Part shown: piece after piece, positions 10,611 to 25,067 of the stretch
Numbering within the stretch: position 1 is the first letter of the stretch
How the letters are laid out: each line of letters opens with the position of its first letter
NCBI RefSeq assembly: GCF_023055435.1
Contig: NW_025964372.1
Location: forward strand, 12,772,001 to 12,836,000
Direction of reading: 5' to 3'
Origin: Haliotis rufescens
Lineage: Eukaryota
DNA length: 64,000 nucleotides
The notes under the pieces: model-generated
What the model was told of the DNA's origin: nothing
Databases searched by the model: none
The model's input: the letters and a program-made list of their open reading frames with translations, nothing else
Program-made: the position numbers and the translations under genes

Positions 10611-13600
10611 GAGAGGGACACGGACATGTGGTACATTCGGGGAGACAGACATGTGGTACATTAAGGGAGACAGACATGTAGTACATTAAGGGAGACAGAC
10701 ATGTAGTACATCCAGGGAGACAGACATGTAGTACATTCAGGGACATAGACATGTGGTACATTCACGGAGACAGACATGTGGTACATTAAGGAAGACAGAC
10801 ATGTGGTACATTCAGGGAGACAGACATGTGGTACATTCAGGGACATAGACATGTGGTACATTCACGGAGACAGACATGTGGTACATTAAGGGAGACAGAC
10901 ATGTGGTACATTAAGGGAGACAGACATGTAGTATATTAAGGGAGACAGACATGTGGTACATTCAGGGATACAGACATGTAGTACATTAAGGGAGACAGAC
11001 ATGTAGTACATCCAGGGAGACAGACATGTAGTACATTAAGGGAGACAGACATGTGGTACATTCAGGGAGACAGACATGTAGTACATTCAGGGAGACAGAC
11101 ATGTGGTACATTCACGGAGACAGACATGTAGTACATTAAGGGAGACAGACATGTGGTACATTCAGGGATACAGACATGTAGTACATTCAGGGAGACAGAC
11201 ATGTAGTACATTCACGGAGACAGACATGTAGTACATTCACGGAGACAGACATGTAGTACATTAAGAGAGATAGACATGTAGTACATTCAGGGAGACAGAC
11301 ATGTAGTACATTAAGGGAGACAGACATGTAGTACATTCACGGAGACAGACATGTAGTACATTCACGGAGACAGACATGTAGTACATTAAGGGAGACAGAC
11401 ATGTAGTACATTCACGGAGACAGACATGTAGTACATTCACGGAGACAGACATGTAGTACATCCAGGGAGACAGACATGTAGTACATTCACGGAGACAGAC
11501 ATGTAGTACATTAAGGGAGACAGACATGTAGTAAATTAAGGGAGTCAGACATGTAGTACATTAAGGGAGACAGACATGTAGTACATTCAGAGACAGACAT
11601 GTAGTACATTCACGGAGACAGACATGTAGTACATTAAGGGAGACAGACATGTGGTACATTCAGGGAGACAGACATGTAGTACATTAAGGGAGACAGACAT
11701 GTAGTACATTCACGGAGACAGACATGTAGTACATTCAGGGAGACAGACATGTAGTACATCCAGGGAGACAGACATGTAGTACATTCACGGAGACAGACAT
11801 GTGGTACATTCACAGAGACAGACATGTAGTACATTCACGGAGACAGACATGTAGTACATTCACGGAGACAGACATGTGGTACATTAAGGGAGACAGACAT
11901 ATAGTACATTCACGGAGACAGACATGTAGTACATTCACGGAGACAGACATGTAGTACATTAAGGGAGACAGACATGTGGTACATTTAGGGAGACAGACAT
12001 GTGGTACATTAAGGGAGACAGACATGTGGTACATTCACGGAGACAGACATGTAGTACATTCAGGGAGACAGACATGTAGTACATTAAGGCAGACAGACAT
12101 GTAGTACATTCAGGGAGACAGACATGTAGTACATTAAGGGAGACAGACATGTAGTACATTAAGGGAGACAGACATGTAGTTCATTAAGGGAGACAGACAT
12201 GTAGTTCATTAAGGGAGACAGACATGTAGTACATTAAGGGAGACAGACATGTAGTTCATTAAGGGAGACAGACATGTAGTACATTAAGGGAGACAGACAT
12301 GTAGTACATTAAGGGAGACAGACATGTAGTTCATTAAGGGAGACAGACATGTAGTACATTAAGGCACACAGACATGAAGTACATTAAGGGAGACAGACAT
12401 ATAGTACATTAAGGGAGACAGACATGTAGTACATTAAGGGAGACAGACATGTAGTTCATTAAGGGAGACAGACATGTAGTACATTCGCGGAGACAGACAT
12501 GTAGTACATTCACGGAGACAGACATGTAGTACGTTCAGGGAGACAGACATGTAGTACATTAAGGGAGACAGACATGTAGTACATTCGCGGAGACAGACAT
12601 GTAGTACATTCACGGAGACAGACATGTAGTACGTTCAGGGAGACAGACATGTAGTACATTAAGGGAGACAGACATGTAGTACATTAAGGGAGACAGACAT
12701 GTAGTACATTAAGGGAGACAGACATGTAGTACATTAAGGGAGACAGACATGTGGTACATTCACGGAGACAGACATGTAGTACATTCACGGAGACAGACAT
12801 GTAGTACATTCAGGGAGATAGACATGTAGTACATTAAGGGAGATAGACATTAGTACATTCACGGAGACAGACATTTAGTACATTCAAGGAGACAGACATG
12901 TGGTACATTAAGGGAGACAGACATATAGTACATTCAGGGAGACAGACATGTAGTACATTAAGGGAGACAGACATGTAGTACATTAAGGGAGACAGACATG
13001 TAGTACATTAAGGGAGACAGACATGTAGTACATTAAGGGAGACAGACATGTAGTACATTAAGGGAGACAGACATGTGGTACATTAAGGGAGACAGACATG
13101 TAGTTAATTAAGGGAGACAGACATGTAGTACATTCAGGGAGACAGACATGTAGTACATTCAGGGAGAAAGACATGTAGTACATTAAGGGAGACAGACATG
13201 TAGTACATTAAGGGAGACAGACATGTGGTACATTAAGGGAGACAGACATGTAGTTCATTAAGGGAGACAGACATGTAGTACATTCACGGAGACAGACATG
13301 TAGTACCTTCGCGGAGACAGACATGTAGTACATTCACGGAGACAGACATGTAGTACATTAAGGGAGACAGACATGTAGTACATTAAGGGAGATAGACATG
13401 TAGTACATTAAGGGAGACAGACATGTAGTACATTCACGGAGACAGACATGTAGTACATTAAGGGAGATAGACATGTAGTTAATTAAGGGAGACAGACATG
13501 TAGTACATTCAGGGAGACAGACATGTAGTACATTCAGGGACATAGACATGTAGTACATTAAGGGAGACAGACATGTAGTACATTAAGGGAGACAGACATG

Positions 13601-16600
13601 TGGTACATTAAGGGAGACAGACATGTAGTACATTAAGGGAGACAGACATGTGGTACATTAAGGGAGACAGACATGTAGTTAATTAAGGGAGACAGACATG
13701 TAGTACATTCAGGGAGACAGACATGTAGTACATTGAGGGAGAAAGACATGTAGTACATTAAGGGAGACAGACATGTAGTACATTAAGGGAGACAGACATG
13801 TGGTACATTAAGGGAGACAGACATGTAGTTCATTAAGGGAGACAGACATGTAGTACATTCACGGAGACAGATATGTAGTACCTTCGCGGAGACAGACATG
13901 TAGTACATTCACGGAGACAGACATGTAGTACGTTCAGGGAGACAGACATGTAGTACATTAAGGGAGATAGACATGTAGTACATTAAGGGAGACAGACATG
14001 TAGTACATTCACGGAGACAGACATGTAGTACATTAAGGGAGATAGACATGTAGTACATTCACGGAGACAGACATGTAGTACATTCACGGAGACAGACATG
14101 TGGTACATTAAGGGAGACAGACATGTAGTACATTCACGGAGACAGACATGTAGTACATTAAGGGAGACAGACATGTAGTACATTCACGGAGACAGACATG
14201 TAGTACATTCACGGAGACAGACATGTAGTACATTAAGGGAGATAGACATGTAGTACATTCACGGAGACAGACATGTAGTACATTCACGGAGACAGACATG
14301 TGGTACATTAAGGGAGACAGACATGTAGTACATTCACGGAGACAGACATGTAGTACATTAAGGGAGACAGACATGTAGTACATTCACGGAGACAGACATG
14401 TAGTACATTCACGGAGACAGACATGTAGTACATTAAGGGAGACAGACATGTAGTACATTCACGGAGACAGACATGTAGTACATTCACGGAGACAGACATA
14501 TAGTACATTAAGGGAGACAGACATGTAGTACATTAAGGGAGACAGACATGTAGTACATTAAGGGAGACAGACATGTAGTACATACACGGAGACAGACATG
14601 TGGTACATTAAGGGAGACACACATATAGTACATTCACGGAGACAGACATGTAGTACATTCACGGAGACAGACATGTAGTACATTAAGGGAGACAGACATG
14701 TAGTACATTCACGGAGACAGACATGTAGTACATTCACGGAGACAGACATGTAGTACATTAAGGGAGACAGACATGTAGTACATTAAGGGAGACAGACATG
14801 TAGTACATTAAGGGAGACAGACATGTGGTACATTAAGGGAGACAGACATGTAGTTCATTAAGGGGGCAGACATGTAGTACATTCACGGAGACAGACATGT
14901 AGTACCTTCGCGGAGACAGACATGTAGTACATTCACGGAGACAGACATGTAGTACGTTCAGGGAGACAGACATGTAGTACATTAAGGGAGATAGACATGT
15001 AGTACATTAAGGGAGACAGACATGTAGTATATTCACGGAGACAGACATGTAGTACATTAAGGGAGATAGACATGTAGTTAATTAAGGGAGACAGACATGT
15101 AGTACATTCAGGGAGACAGACATGTAGTACATTCAGGGACATAGACATGTAGTACATTAAGGGAGACAGACATGTAGTACATTAAGGGAGACAGACATGT
15201 GGTACATTAAGGGAGACAGACATGTATTACATTAAGGGAGACAGACATGTGGTACATTAAGGGAGACAGACATGTAGTTAATTAAGGGAGACAGACATGT
15301 AGTACATTAAGGGAGACAGACATGTAGTACATTCAGGGAGAAAGACATGTAGTACATTAAGGGAGACAGACATGTAGTATATTAAGGGAGACAGACATGT
15401 GGTACATTAAGGGAGCCAGACATGTAGTTCATTAAGGGAGACAGACATGTAGTACATTCACGGAGACAGATATGTAGTACCTTCGCGGAGACAGACATGT
15501 AGTACATTCACGGAGACAGATATGTAGTACGTTCAGGGAGACAGACATGTAGTACATTAAGGGAGATAGACATGTAGTACATTAAGGGAGACAGACATGT
15601 AGTACATTCACGGAGACAGACATGTAGTACATTAAGGGAGATAGACATGTAGTACATTCACGGAGACAGACATGTAGTACATTCACGGAGACAGACATGT
15701 GGTACATTAAGGGAGACAGACATGTAGTACATTCACGGAGACAGACATGTAGTACATTAAGGGAGACAGACATGTAGTACATTCACGGAGACAGACATGT
15801 AGTACATTCACGGAGACAGACATGTAGTACATTAAGGGAGATAGACATGTAGTACATTCACGGAGACAGACATGTAGTACATTCACGGAGACAGACATGT
15901 GGTACATTAAGGGAGACAGACATGTAGTACATTCACGGAGACAGACATGTAGTACATTAAGGGAGACAGACATGTAGTACATTCACGGAGACAGACATGT
16001 AGTACATTCACAGAGACAGACATGTAGTACATTAAGGGAGACAGACATGTAGTACATTCACGGAGACAGACATGTAGTACATTCACGGAGACAGACATGT
16101 AGTACATTAAGGGAGACAGACATGTAGTACCTTAAGGGAGACAGACATGTAGTACATTAAGGGAGACAGACATGTAGTACATTCACGGAGACAGACATGT
16201 AGTACATTCACGGAGACAGACATGTGGTACATTAAGGGAGACACACATATAGTACATTCAGGGAGACAGACATGTAGTACATTCACGGAGACAGACATGT
16301 AGTACATTAAGGGAGACAGACATGTAGTACATTCACGGAGACAGACATGTAGTACATTAAGGGAGATAGACATGTAGTACATTAAGGGAGACAGACATGT
16401 AGTACATTCACGGAGACAGACATGTAGTACATTCACGGAGACAGACATGTAGTACATTCACGGAGACAGACATGTAGTACATTCACGGAGACAGACATGT
16501 AGTACATTAAGGGAGACAGACATGTAGTACATTCACGGAGACAGACATGTAGTACATTCACGGAGACAGACATGTAGTTCATTAAGGGAGACAGACATGT

Positions 16601-19600
16601 AGTACATTAAGGGAGACAGACATGTAGTACATTAAGGGAGACAGACATGTAGTACATTCACGGAGACAGACATGTAGTACGTTCACGGAGACAGACATGT
16701 AGTACATTAAGGGAGATAGACATGTAGTACATTCACGGAGACAGACATGTAGTACATTCACGGAGACAGACATGTAGTACATTAAGGGAGACAGACATGT
16801 AGTACATTCATGGAGACAGACATGTGGTACATTAAGGGAGACAGACATGTAGTACATTAAGGGAGACAGACATGTAGTACATTCACGGAGACAGACATGT
16901 AGTACATTAAGGGAGATAGACATGTAGTACATTAAGGGAGATAGACATTAGTACATTCACGGAGATAGACATGTAGTACATTCACGGAGACAGACATGTA
17001 GTACATTCAGGGATACAGACATGTAGAACATTCACGGAGACAGACATGTAGTACATTCAGGGACACAGACATGTAGTACATTCAGGGAGACAGACATGTA
17101 GTACATTCAGGGAGAAAGACATGTAGTACATTAAGGGAGACAGACATGTAGTACATTAAGGGAGACAGACATGTGGTACATTAAGGGAGACAGACATGTA
17201 GTTAATTAAGGGAGACAGACATGTAGTACATTCAGGGAGACAGACATGTAGTACATTCAGGGAGAAAGACATGTAGTACATTAAGGGAGACAGACATGTA
17301 GTACATTAAGGGAGACAGACATGTGGTACATTAAGGGAGACAGACATGTAGTTCATTAAGGGAGACAGACATGTAGTACATTCACGGAGACAGATATGTA
17401 GTACCTTCGCGGAGACAGACATGTAGTACATTCACGGAGACAGATATGTAGTACGTTCAGGGAGACAGACATGTAGTACATTAAGGGAGATAGACATGTA
17501 GTACATTAAGGGAGACAGACATGTAGTACATTCACGGAGACAGACATGTAGTACATTAAGGGAGATAGACATGTAGTACATTCACGGAGACAGACATGTA
17601 GTACATTCACGGAGACAGACATGTGGTACATTAAGGGAGACAGACATGTAGTACATTCACGGAGACAGACATGTAGTACATTAAGGGAGACAGACATGTA
17701 GTACATTCACGGAGACAGACATGTAGTACATTCACGGAGACAGACATGTAGTACATTAAGGGAGATAGACATGTAGTACATTCACGGAGACAGACATGTA
17801 GTACATTCACGGAGACAGACATGTGGTACATTAAGGGAGACAGACATGTAGTACATTCACGGAGACAGACATGTAGTACATTAAGGGAGACAGACATGTT
17901 GTACATTCACGGAGACAGACATGTAGTACATTCACGGAGACAGACATGTAGTACATTAAGGGAGACAGACATGTAGTACATTCACGGAGACAGACATGTA
18001 GTACATTCACGGAGACAGACATGTAGTACATTAAGGGAGACAGACATGTAGTACCTTAAGGGAGACAGACATGTAGTACATTAAGGGAGACAGACATGTA
18101 GTACATTCACGGAGACAGACATGTAGTACATTAAGGGAGATAGACATGTAGTACATTCACGGAGACAGACATGTAGTACATTCACGGAGACAGACATGTG
18201 GTACATTAAGGGAGACAGACATGTAGTACATTCACGGAGACAGACATGTAGTACATTAAGGGAGACAGACATGTAGTACATTCACGGAGACAGACATGTA
18301 GTACATTCACGGAGACAGACACGTAGTACATTAAGGGAGACAGACATGTAGTACATTCATGGAGACAGACATGTGGTACATTAAGGGAGACAGACATGTA
18401 GTACGTTCAGGGAGACAGACATGTGGTACATTAAGGGAGACAGACATGTAGTACATTCACGGAGACAGACATGTAGTACATTCACGGAGACAGACATGTA
18501 GTACATTCACGGAGACAGACATGTAGTACATTCACGGAGACAGACATGTAGTACATTCACGGAGACAGACATGTAGTACATTAAGGGAGACAGACATGTG
18601 GTACATTAAGGGAGACAGACATGTAGTACATTCACGGAGACACACATATAGTACATTAAGGGAGACAGACATGTAGTACATTCACGGAGACAGACATGTA
18701 GTACATTAAGGGAGACAGACATGTAGTACGTTCAGGGAGACAGACATGTAGTACATTAAGGGAGATAGACATGTGGTACATTAAGGGAGACAGACATGTA
18801 GTACGTTCAGGGAGACAGACATGTAGTACATTAAGGGAGACAGACATGTAGTACATTAAGGGAGACAGACATGTAGTACATTAAGGGAGACACACATATA
18901 GTACATTAAGGGAGACAGACATGTCGTACATTAAGGGAGACAGACATGTAGTACGTTCAGGGAGACAGACATGTAGTACATTAAGGGAGACAGACATGTA
19001 GTACATTCACGGAGACAGACATGTAGTACATTAAGGGAGACAGACATGTAGTACATTAAGGGAGACAGACATGTAGTACATTCACGGAGACAGACATGTA
19101 GTACATTCACGGAGACAGACATGTAGTACATTCACGGAGACAGACATGTAGTACATTCACGGAGACAGACATGTAGTACATTCACGGAGACAGACATGTA
19201 GTACATTAAGGGAGACAGACATGTGGTACATTAAGGGAGACAGACATGTAGTACATTCACGGAGACACACATATAGTACATTAAGGGAGACAGACATGTA
19301 GTACATTCACGGAGACAGACATGTAGTACATTAAGGGAGACAGACATGTAGTACGTTCAGGGAGACAGACATGTAGTACATTAAGGGAGATAGACATGTG
19401 GTACATTAAGGGAGACAGACATGTAGTACGTTCAGGGAGACAGACATGTAGTACATTAAGGGAGACAGACATGTAGTACATTCACGGAGATAGACATGTA
19501 GTACATTCACGGAGACAGACATGTAGTACATTCACGGAGACAGACATGTAGTACATTAAGGGAGATAGACATGTAGTACATTAAGGGAGATAGACATTAG

Positions 19601-19921
19601 TACATTCACGGAGATAGACATGTAGTACATTCACGGAGACAGACATGTAGTACATTCAGGGACACAGACATGTAGTACATTCACGGAGACAGACATGTAG
19701 TACATTCAGGGACACAGACATGTAGTACATTCAGGGACACAGACATGTAGTACATTAAGGGAGATAGACATTAGTACATTCACGGAGACAGACATGTAGT
19801 ACATTCAGGGACACAGACATGTAGTACATTCAGGGACACAGACATGTAGTACATTAAGGGAGATAGACATTAGTACATTCACGGAGACAGACATGTAGTA
19901 CATTCAGGGACACAGACATGT
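10611..19921. repeat. 25-bp satellite, about 370 units (tt[aagg|cacg|cagg]gagacagacatgtagtaca)
   Basis: Continuous 25-bp periodicity over 9.3 kb with nested larger duplications. Confidence 0.99.
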
Positions 19922-19978
19922 ACCCATATTGGGAATGTGACGAGCGAACGCTTTGACCACTGGGCTACCCCACCGCTC
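19920..19978 (-). mobile_element. 5' fragment of family Y SINE (B-box region deleted) fused to the end of the 25-bp satellite
   Basis: gtacccatattgggaa|tgtgacgagcgaacgctttgaccactgggctaccccaccgc matches ~5908-5984 with an internal deletion. Confidence 0.85.
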
Positions 19979-20444
19979 GACACTAAAGCTAAGGTTTTTT
20001 TATATTAGTTTTTGAAATTTAGATATATTGGGTGCTCATAGAATAGTCATATTTCTTAATGATCCGTTCGTTCATCTCGAGTAATCCCATGATTTCGACC
20101 GAATTCAGATGCTGTTTGATGAACGCCGAAATGGGACATTATGAGACACTTCAACGTAGTTGAAGGTGGACTCCACTTTTCTGAATTATTATATGTTAAG
20201 CTTTGCATCAGTGAGTGTATGAAACATTCCTGGCCCTGGCATGCCCGTGGTAGTAGGACTTGTTCAGTTATCCACATTCACACACACGGAGAGATGAATG
20301 TCCTTCTTTGGGGAAGAACAACCCTATCTCATATTTTATTTCAGAATCCAGAAAGAAAATAATATAAGAATGGGGATCTCCAAAATGTGGGTTCTTAGAC
20401 CATAAATGTAAGGCAAGAGATGCTGGGAGTCCCTTTGAAATTGT

Positions 20445-20731
20445 AGTGAGTGAGTGAGTGAGTTGGGTTTAACCCCGCTTTTAACAGTATTCCAGTTATA
20501 TCACGGCGTGTCAGCTTAATGTGGGAGAAAAGCCCGAAGTGATGCAGGTCTCGGACGTTTACCACTTCGGCGAAACCCACGAGCACGGGTATTGTGCTGA
20601 CAAACCTAGAAACGTAATCGGGGCGAACCGGGATTCGAACCCACAATCATTGTTTCTGGCGTGCCCGCCCAAGGGACGCAACTCTGCACATCGAATAGCG
20701 GCGCCTCAGACGACTGGGCCACCCGTGTCCC
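20445..20731 (-). mobile_element. tRNA-derived SINE (family Z) with long A-B box spacing, V-domain-like body and (ACTC)n tail
   Basis: Minus strand: tggcccagtcgtctgaggcgcc (A box, Leu/Ser-like) ... gggttcgaatccc (B box); body cgtgggtttcgccg...cgggcttttctcccaca; tail cgtgatataactggaatactgttaaaagcggggttaaacccaactcactcac. Confidence 0.8.
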
Positions 20732-21066
20732 CCTTTTGAGAAAACCGAGAATAAGGAAACATGGTAAAAACTGGACACTAACATCAATTGACGGATACAT
20801 CGAACACCATTTTTTGTTGAAATAAAAGGATATGTAATTTGCAAACCACTTCAACTCAAATCTACAATGTCACCAAATGAAAACGTTATAAAGAAGCAGA
20901 GAGTTTGTATGTGTGCAATTTTGCGATAATAACTCACGAACGGCATTGATGATTATCGGGATGGGTCAATCTCATTAAAATCAGATCTTAGTTCTCGCTG
21001 CCGCTAAACAAAGATCTGCGGACAACACATAACGGGTCACGTCAGACCGACCTTTCGCTTTCGCTT

Positions 21067-22837
21067 TCATGTGGCCTGTAGCACACGGTGCATGTTCATG
21101 TGGCCTGTAGCACACGGTGCATGTTTATGTGGCCTGTAGCACACGGTGCATGTTCATGTGGCCTGTAGCACACGGTGCATGTTCATGTGGCATGTAGCAC
21201 ACGGTGCATGTTTATGTGGCCTGTAGCACACGGTGCATGTTCATGTGGCCTGTAGCACACGGTGCATGTTTATGTGGCCTGTAGCACACGGTGCATGTTC
21301 ATGTGGCATGTAGCACACGGTGCATGTTTATGTGGCCTGTAGCACACGGTGCATGTTCATGTGGCCTGTAGCACACGGTGCATGTTTATGTGGCCTGTAG
21401 CACACGGTGCATGTTCATGTGGCATGTAGCACACGGTGCATGTTTATGTGGCCTGTAGCACACGGTGCATGTTCATGTGGCCTGTAGCACACGGTGCATG
21501 TTTATGTGGCCTGTAGCACACGGTGCATGTTCATGTGGCATGTAGCACACGGTGCATGTTTATGTGGCCTGTAGCACACGGTGCATGTTCATGTGGCATG
21601 TAGCACACGGTGCATGTTTATGTGGCCTGTAGCACACGGTGCATGTTTATGTGGCCTGTAGCACACGGTGCATGTTTATGTGGCCTAGCTGTGGGACACG
21701 GTGCATGTTCATATGATCTATCTGATGGACACGGTGCATGTTTATGTGGCCTGTAGCACACGGTGCATGTTTATGTGGCCTGTAGCACACGGTGCATGTT
21801 CATGTGGCCTGTAGCACACGGTGCATGTTCATGTGGCCTGTAGCACACGGTCCATGTTTATGTGGCCTAGCTGTGGGACACGGTGCATGTTCATATGATC
21901 TATCTGATGGACACGGTGCATGTTTATGTGGCCTAACTGTGGGACACGGTGCATGTTTATGTGGCCTAGCCTGTAGCACACGGTGCATGTTTATGTGATC
22001 TGTCTGTGGGACACGGTGTGTGTTTATGTGATCTATCTAGGTGCGTGTTTATGTGGCCTGTGGGACATGGTGCATGTTTATGTGGCCTAACCTGTGGGAC
22101 ACGGTACATGTTTATATGGCCTAGCTGTGGGGCACACTGCATGTTTTTGTGGCCTATCTGTGGGGCACAGTACATGTTTATGTGGCCTAACTGTGGGCCA
22201 CGGTACATGATTATGCGGCCTAGTTGAGGGACACGGTACATGTTTATGTGGCCTAACTGGGGGGCACGGTGCATGTTTATGTGGCCTAGCTGAGGGACAC
22301 GGTACATGTTTATGTGGCCTAGCTGAGAGACACGGTACATGTATATGTGGCCTAGCTGAGGGACACAGTGCATGTTTATGTGGCCTAGCTGAGGGACACG
22401 GTGCATGTTTATGTGGCCTAGCTGAGGGACACGGTGCATGTTTATGTGGCCTAGCTGAGGGACACGGTGCATGTTTATGTGGCCTAGCTGAGGGACACGG
22501 TGCATGTTTATGTGGCCTAGCTGAGGGACACGGTACATGTTTATGTGGCCTAGCTGTGGGGAATGCCACATTTTTATGTGGCCTGGCTGTGGGGCACGGT
22601 GCATGTTTATGTGGCCTAGCTGAGGGACACGGTGCATGTTTATGTGGCCTAGCTGAGGGACACGGTGCATGTTTATGTGGCCTAGCTGAGGGACACGGTG
22701 CATGTTTATGTGGCCTAGCTGAGGGACACGGTGCATGTTTATGTGGCCTAGCTGAGGGACACGGTGCATATTTATGTGGCCTAGCTGTGGGACACGGTGC
22801 ATGTTTATGTGGCCTAGCTGTGGGGCACGGTGCATGT
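21067..22837. repeat. Compound minisatellite: 29-bp unit (atgtggcctgtagcacacggtgcatgtty) grading into a 33-bp unit (atgtggcctagctgagggacacggtgcatgttt)
   Basis: Direct periodicity; mixed, degenerate zone at ~21680-22280. Confidence 0.97.
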
Positions 22838-23949
22838 TAAAATATAACACAATAAAATTTAATATCACCCAGACAAAGCATTACTGTTACTTAAAAGCTT
22901 CATGAGAAGCATCTGAAATATTTGACGTTTTCGCGGAATGGGAAGGAGATAGAGAATGGCCGCCTGGAAGTGAGGAAACGTAAAGGCACAGTCTGTGCGA
23001 ACAAATTGCCCGCAGCACAATCTCAGCACATGCTTTCGTTTTATTGCAAGATGTCGTTAACAACAGAGTTACACTAAAAGTTGGAATCAAATCACTTCAT
23101 CCGCTCTCAACCTAAACCGGAAAAAGAGGGAGACGGACTGTACACCCGGAAAGTGTTTTGTGGCCCTATCGAGTGGGCATTGATCGACAACGCGCTGCTT
23201 TCAATTGGTATATAATGACGCTTTTTCCAAGTAACGAGAAATATCGACGAAATCTCGCTCAGGTGTATCTAAAACTGTTGTCGAAGTAATGAAACGAAAC
23301 GAGAGTCCCGCAGACATGGAAATTCTGGTTCGGGGAGCTATTAAACTCTATTTTTAGAACGTGGTCTTACAGATATAATCCAATCGCTTAGATTTTCTGT
23401 TAACTTTTGCCACGGAGTCAAAGTGCATGTTTGACGAAATGTTTGACATTTGGAAGACTGTCGAATTATTAATAATGATATTATGTTCAATCATATAAAA
23501 CAATGAACGCTCATTGAAAGAATATTGCCGAACAGGGTCAGCCGGTACACCGTAACCTAGTTTATTTCCAATATATAAACATATTGTCATCATGGAGTGA
23601 GGGATTAATAATACTTAATTACTCCGAGTCCCCCGAGGTGTTTGAGATTGGAATCTACTGGTGAGACTGTAACACAGGCTGTTCAGCTGGTGTTTACACT
23701 GTAATCGATATCTGTCTATAGTATAGGACCACAAATTATTTGGCCATTACCTCGGATTACCCAGTCTCACACTTCGCTTACAGAACTTCAAACTAATTTC
23801 AGGAAATCAAATTATACAAATCTGTCTAAATTTTATCCTGTTGAATCTACTTAATGGGAACTGTTTATTTCCCCTAATAACAGGGCAACCTCGGAATTAA
23901 CAAACAGGAAACAGATCACACATCAGGTGTTGTTGGACGTGAACATTGA

Positions 23950-24020
23950 TGACTAGCATATAACAAGGTGAAATGTATTCCATGACTAGCATATAACAAG
24001 GTGAAATGTACACCATGACA
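23950..24020. repeat. ~33-bp tandem duplication
   Basis: atgactagcatataacaaggtgaaatgta present twice. Confidence 0.9.
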
Positions 24021-25067
24021 GTGCTGCATGCCCCCCTCCCCGATACCACTATGTACGCTGTACGATGTACGCACAGCGGCTATTGTCTAAGCCAACGTGA
24101 CAAATGAACAGCGTCATGAAAAACGGTATCAATAATGACGATCATTGTGCGTTATCCAATCCCTGCCATGCGCTTCCCCACAGCGTCTTCTCGCCGCCTT
24201 AACGCCAGCGGTGCCGCGTGGACTTTATTCTCGGCCGGAGACGTGCTAGGCAACAACAACCAGTGATAATAAGGCCATTTTTTGTCACATTTTCACGGGG
24301 GCGTTACATAATTGATAAATGCTCAGTTTGCTCTAAAGCAAAATTCGTTAAAGCACTTTTAATCAAAGTAAACGTTGTTTAGGTTGTTTGTAAAACTGAT
24401 CGAGTTTAGCTAAATGACGAAGTGATTACATTTGAGTTCTGTTCGGTTGAAATGTACAAGCCAGGTGTCACGTGATCAAATCAATCAACGGTTTGACAGT
24501 GTGATGTTTTAGGGAAATATGCTATTTGGTCTTTGTTCAGTGTCATAAAATGCGATTTGAATGTAACAAATTACAAAGAAATGAAAATGTTCGAAACAGT
24601 GTTGCCAGGCTTTACATTAGTGACAATACTTCGACCCCCAGGTGAGGAACGAGCGTGTCACGGGGGAGCTACTCCTGCCGTGACCAGTGCCATGCCTGCA
24701 CGTTTGTCACACGTCATTTACGCCTTAAATCAATGTTCATATAACTATTGTTTGACACAGCACATGCATTCATAGTAACCTCTAGGAAGAACACGGGTGA
24801 TATTTTCTTATATTCAATTCAAACACTAGATTTGATAAAGCACACGCACAGACGCCTCACACACACAGCTGTTCTGTCCAGGACACATCCCAACTTCCAT
24901 GACCACACCTTACCACTTATCGAACAAACAGACCACCAATACCTAGTTGATGCCAAATATCACTATACACACAGACAACCCATTACCTGTTGATGACACC
25001 CCCACAAAAACAACAACAAAACAAAACAACCAAAACACCAAATGCCAGCTGATGACACACACATCGA

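Noticed and set aside
10661-19481. Dozens of short MYYMSVS ORFs
   Set aside because: Artefacts of the 25-bp satellite
21966-22868. 300-aa ORF with an 11-aa repeat
   Set aside because: The 33-bp unit keeps frame trivially; overlapping ORFs exist on both strands; no domain or splice evidence
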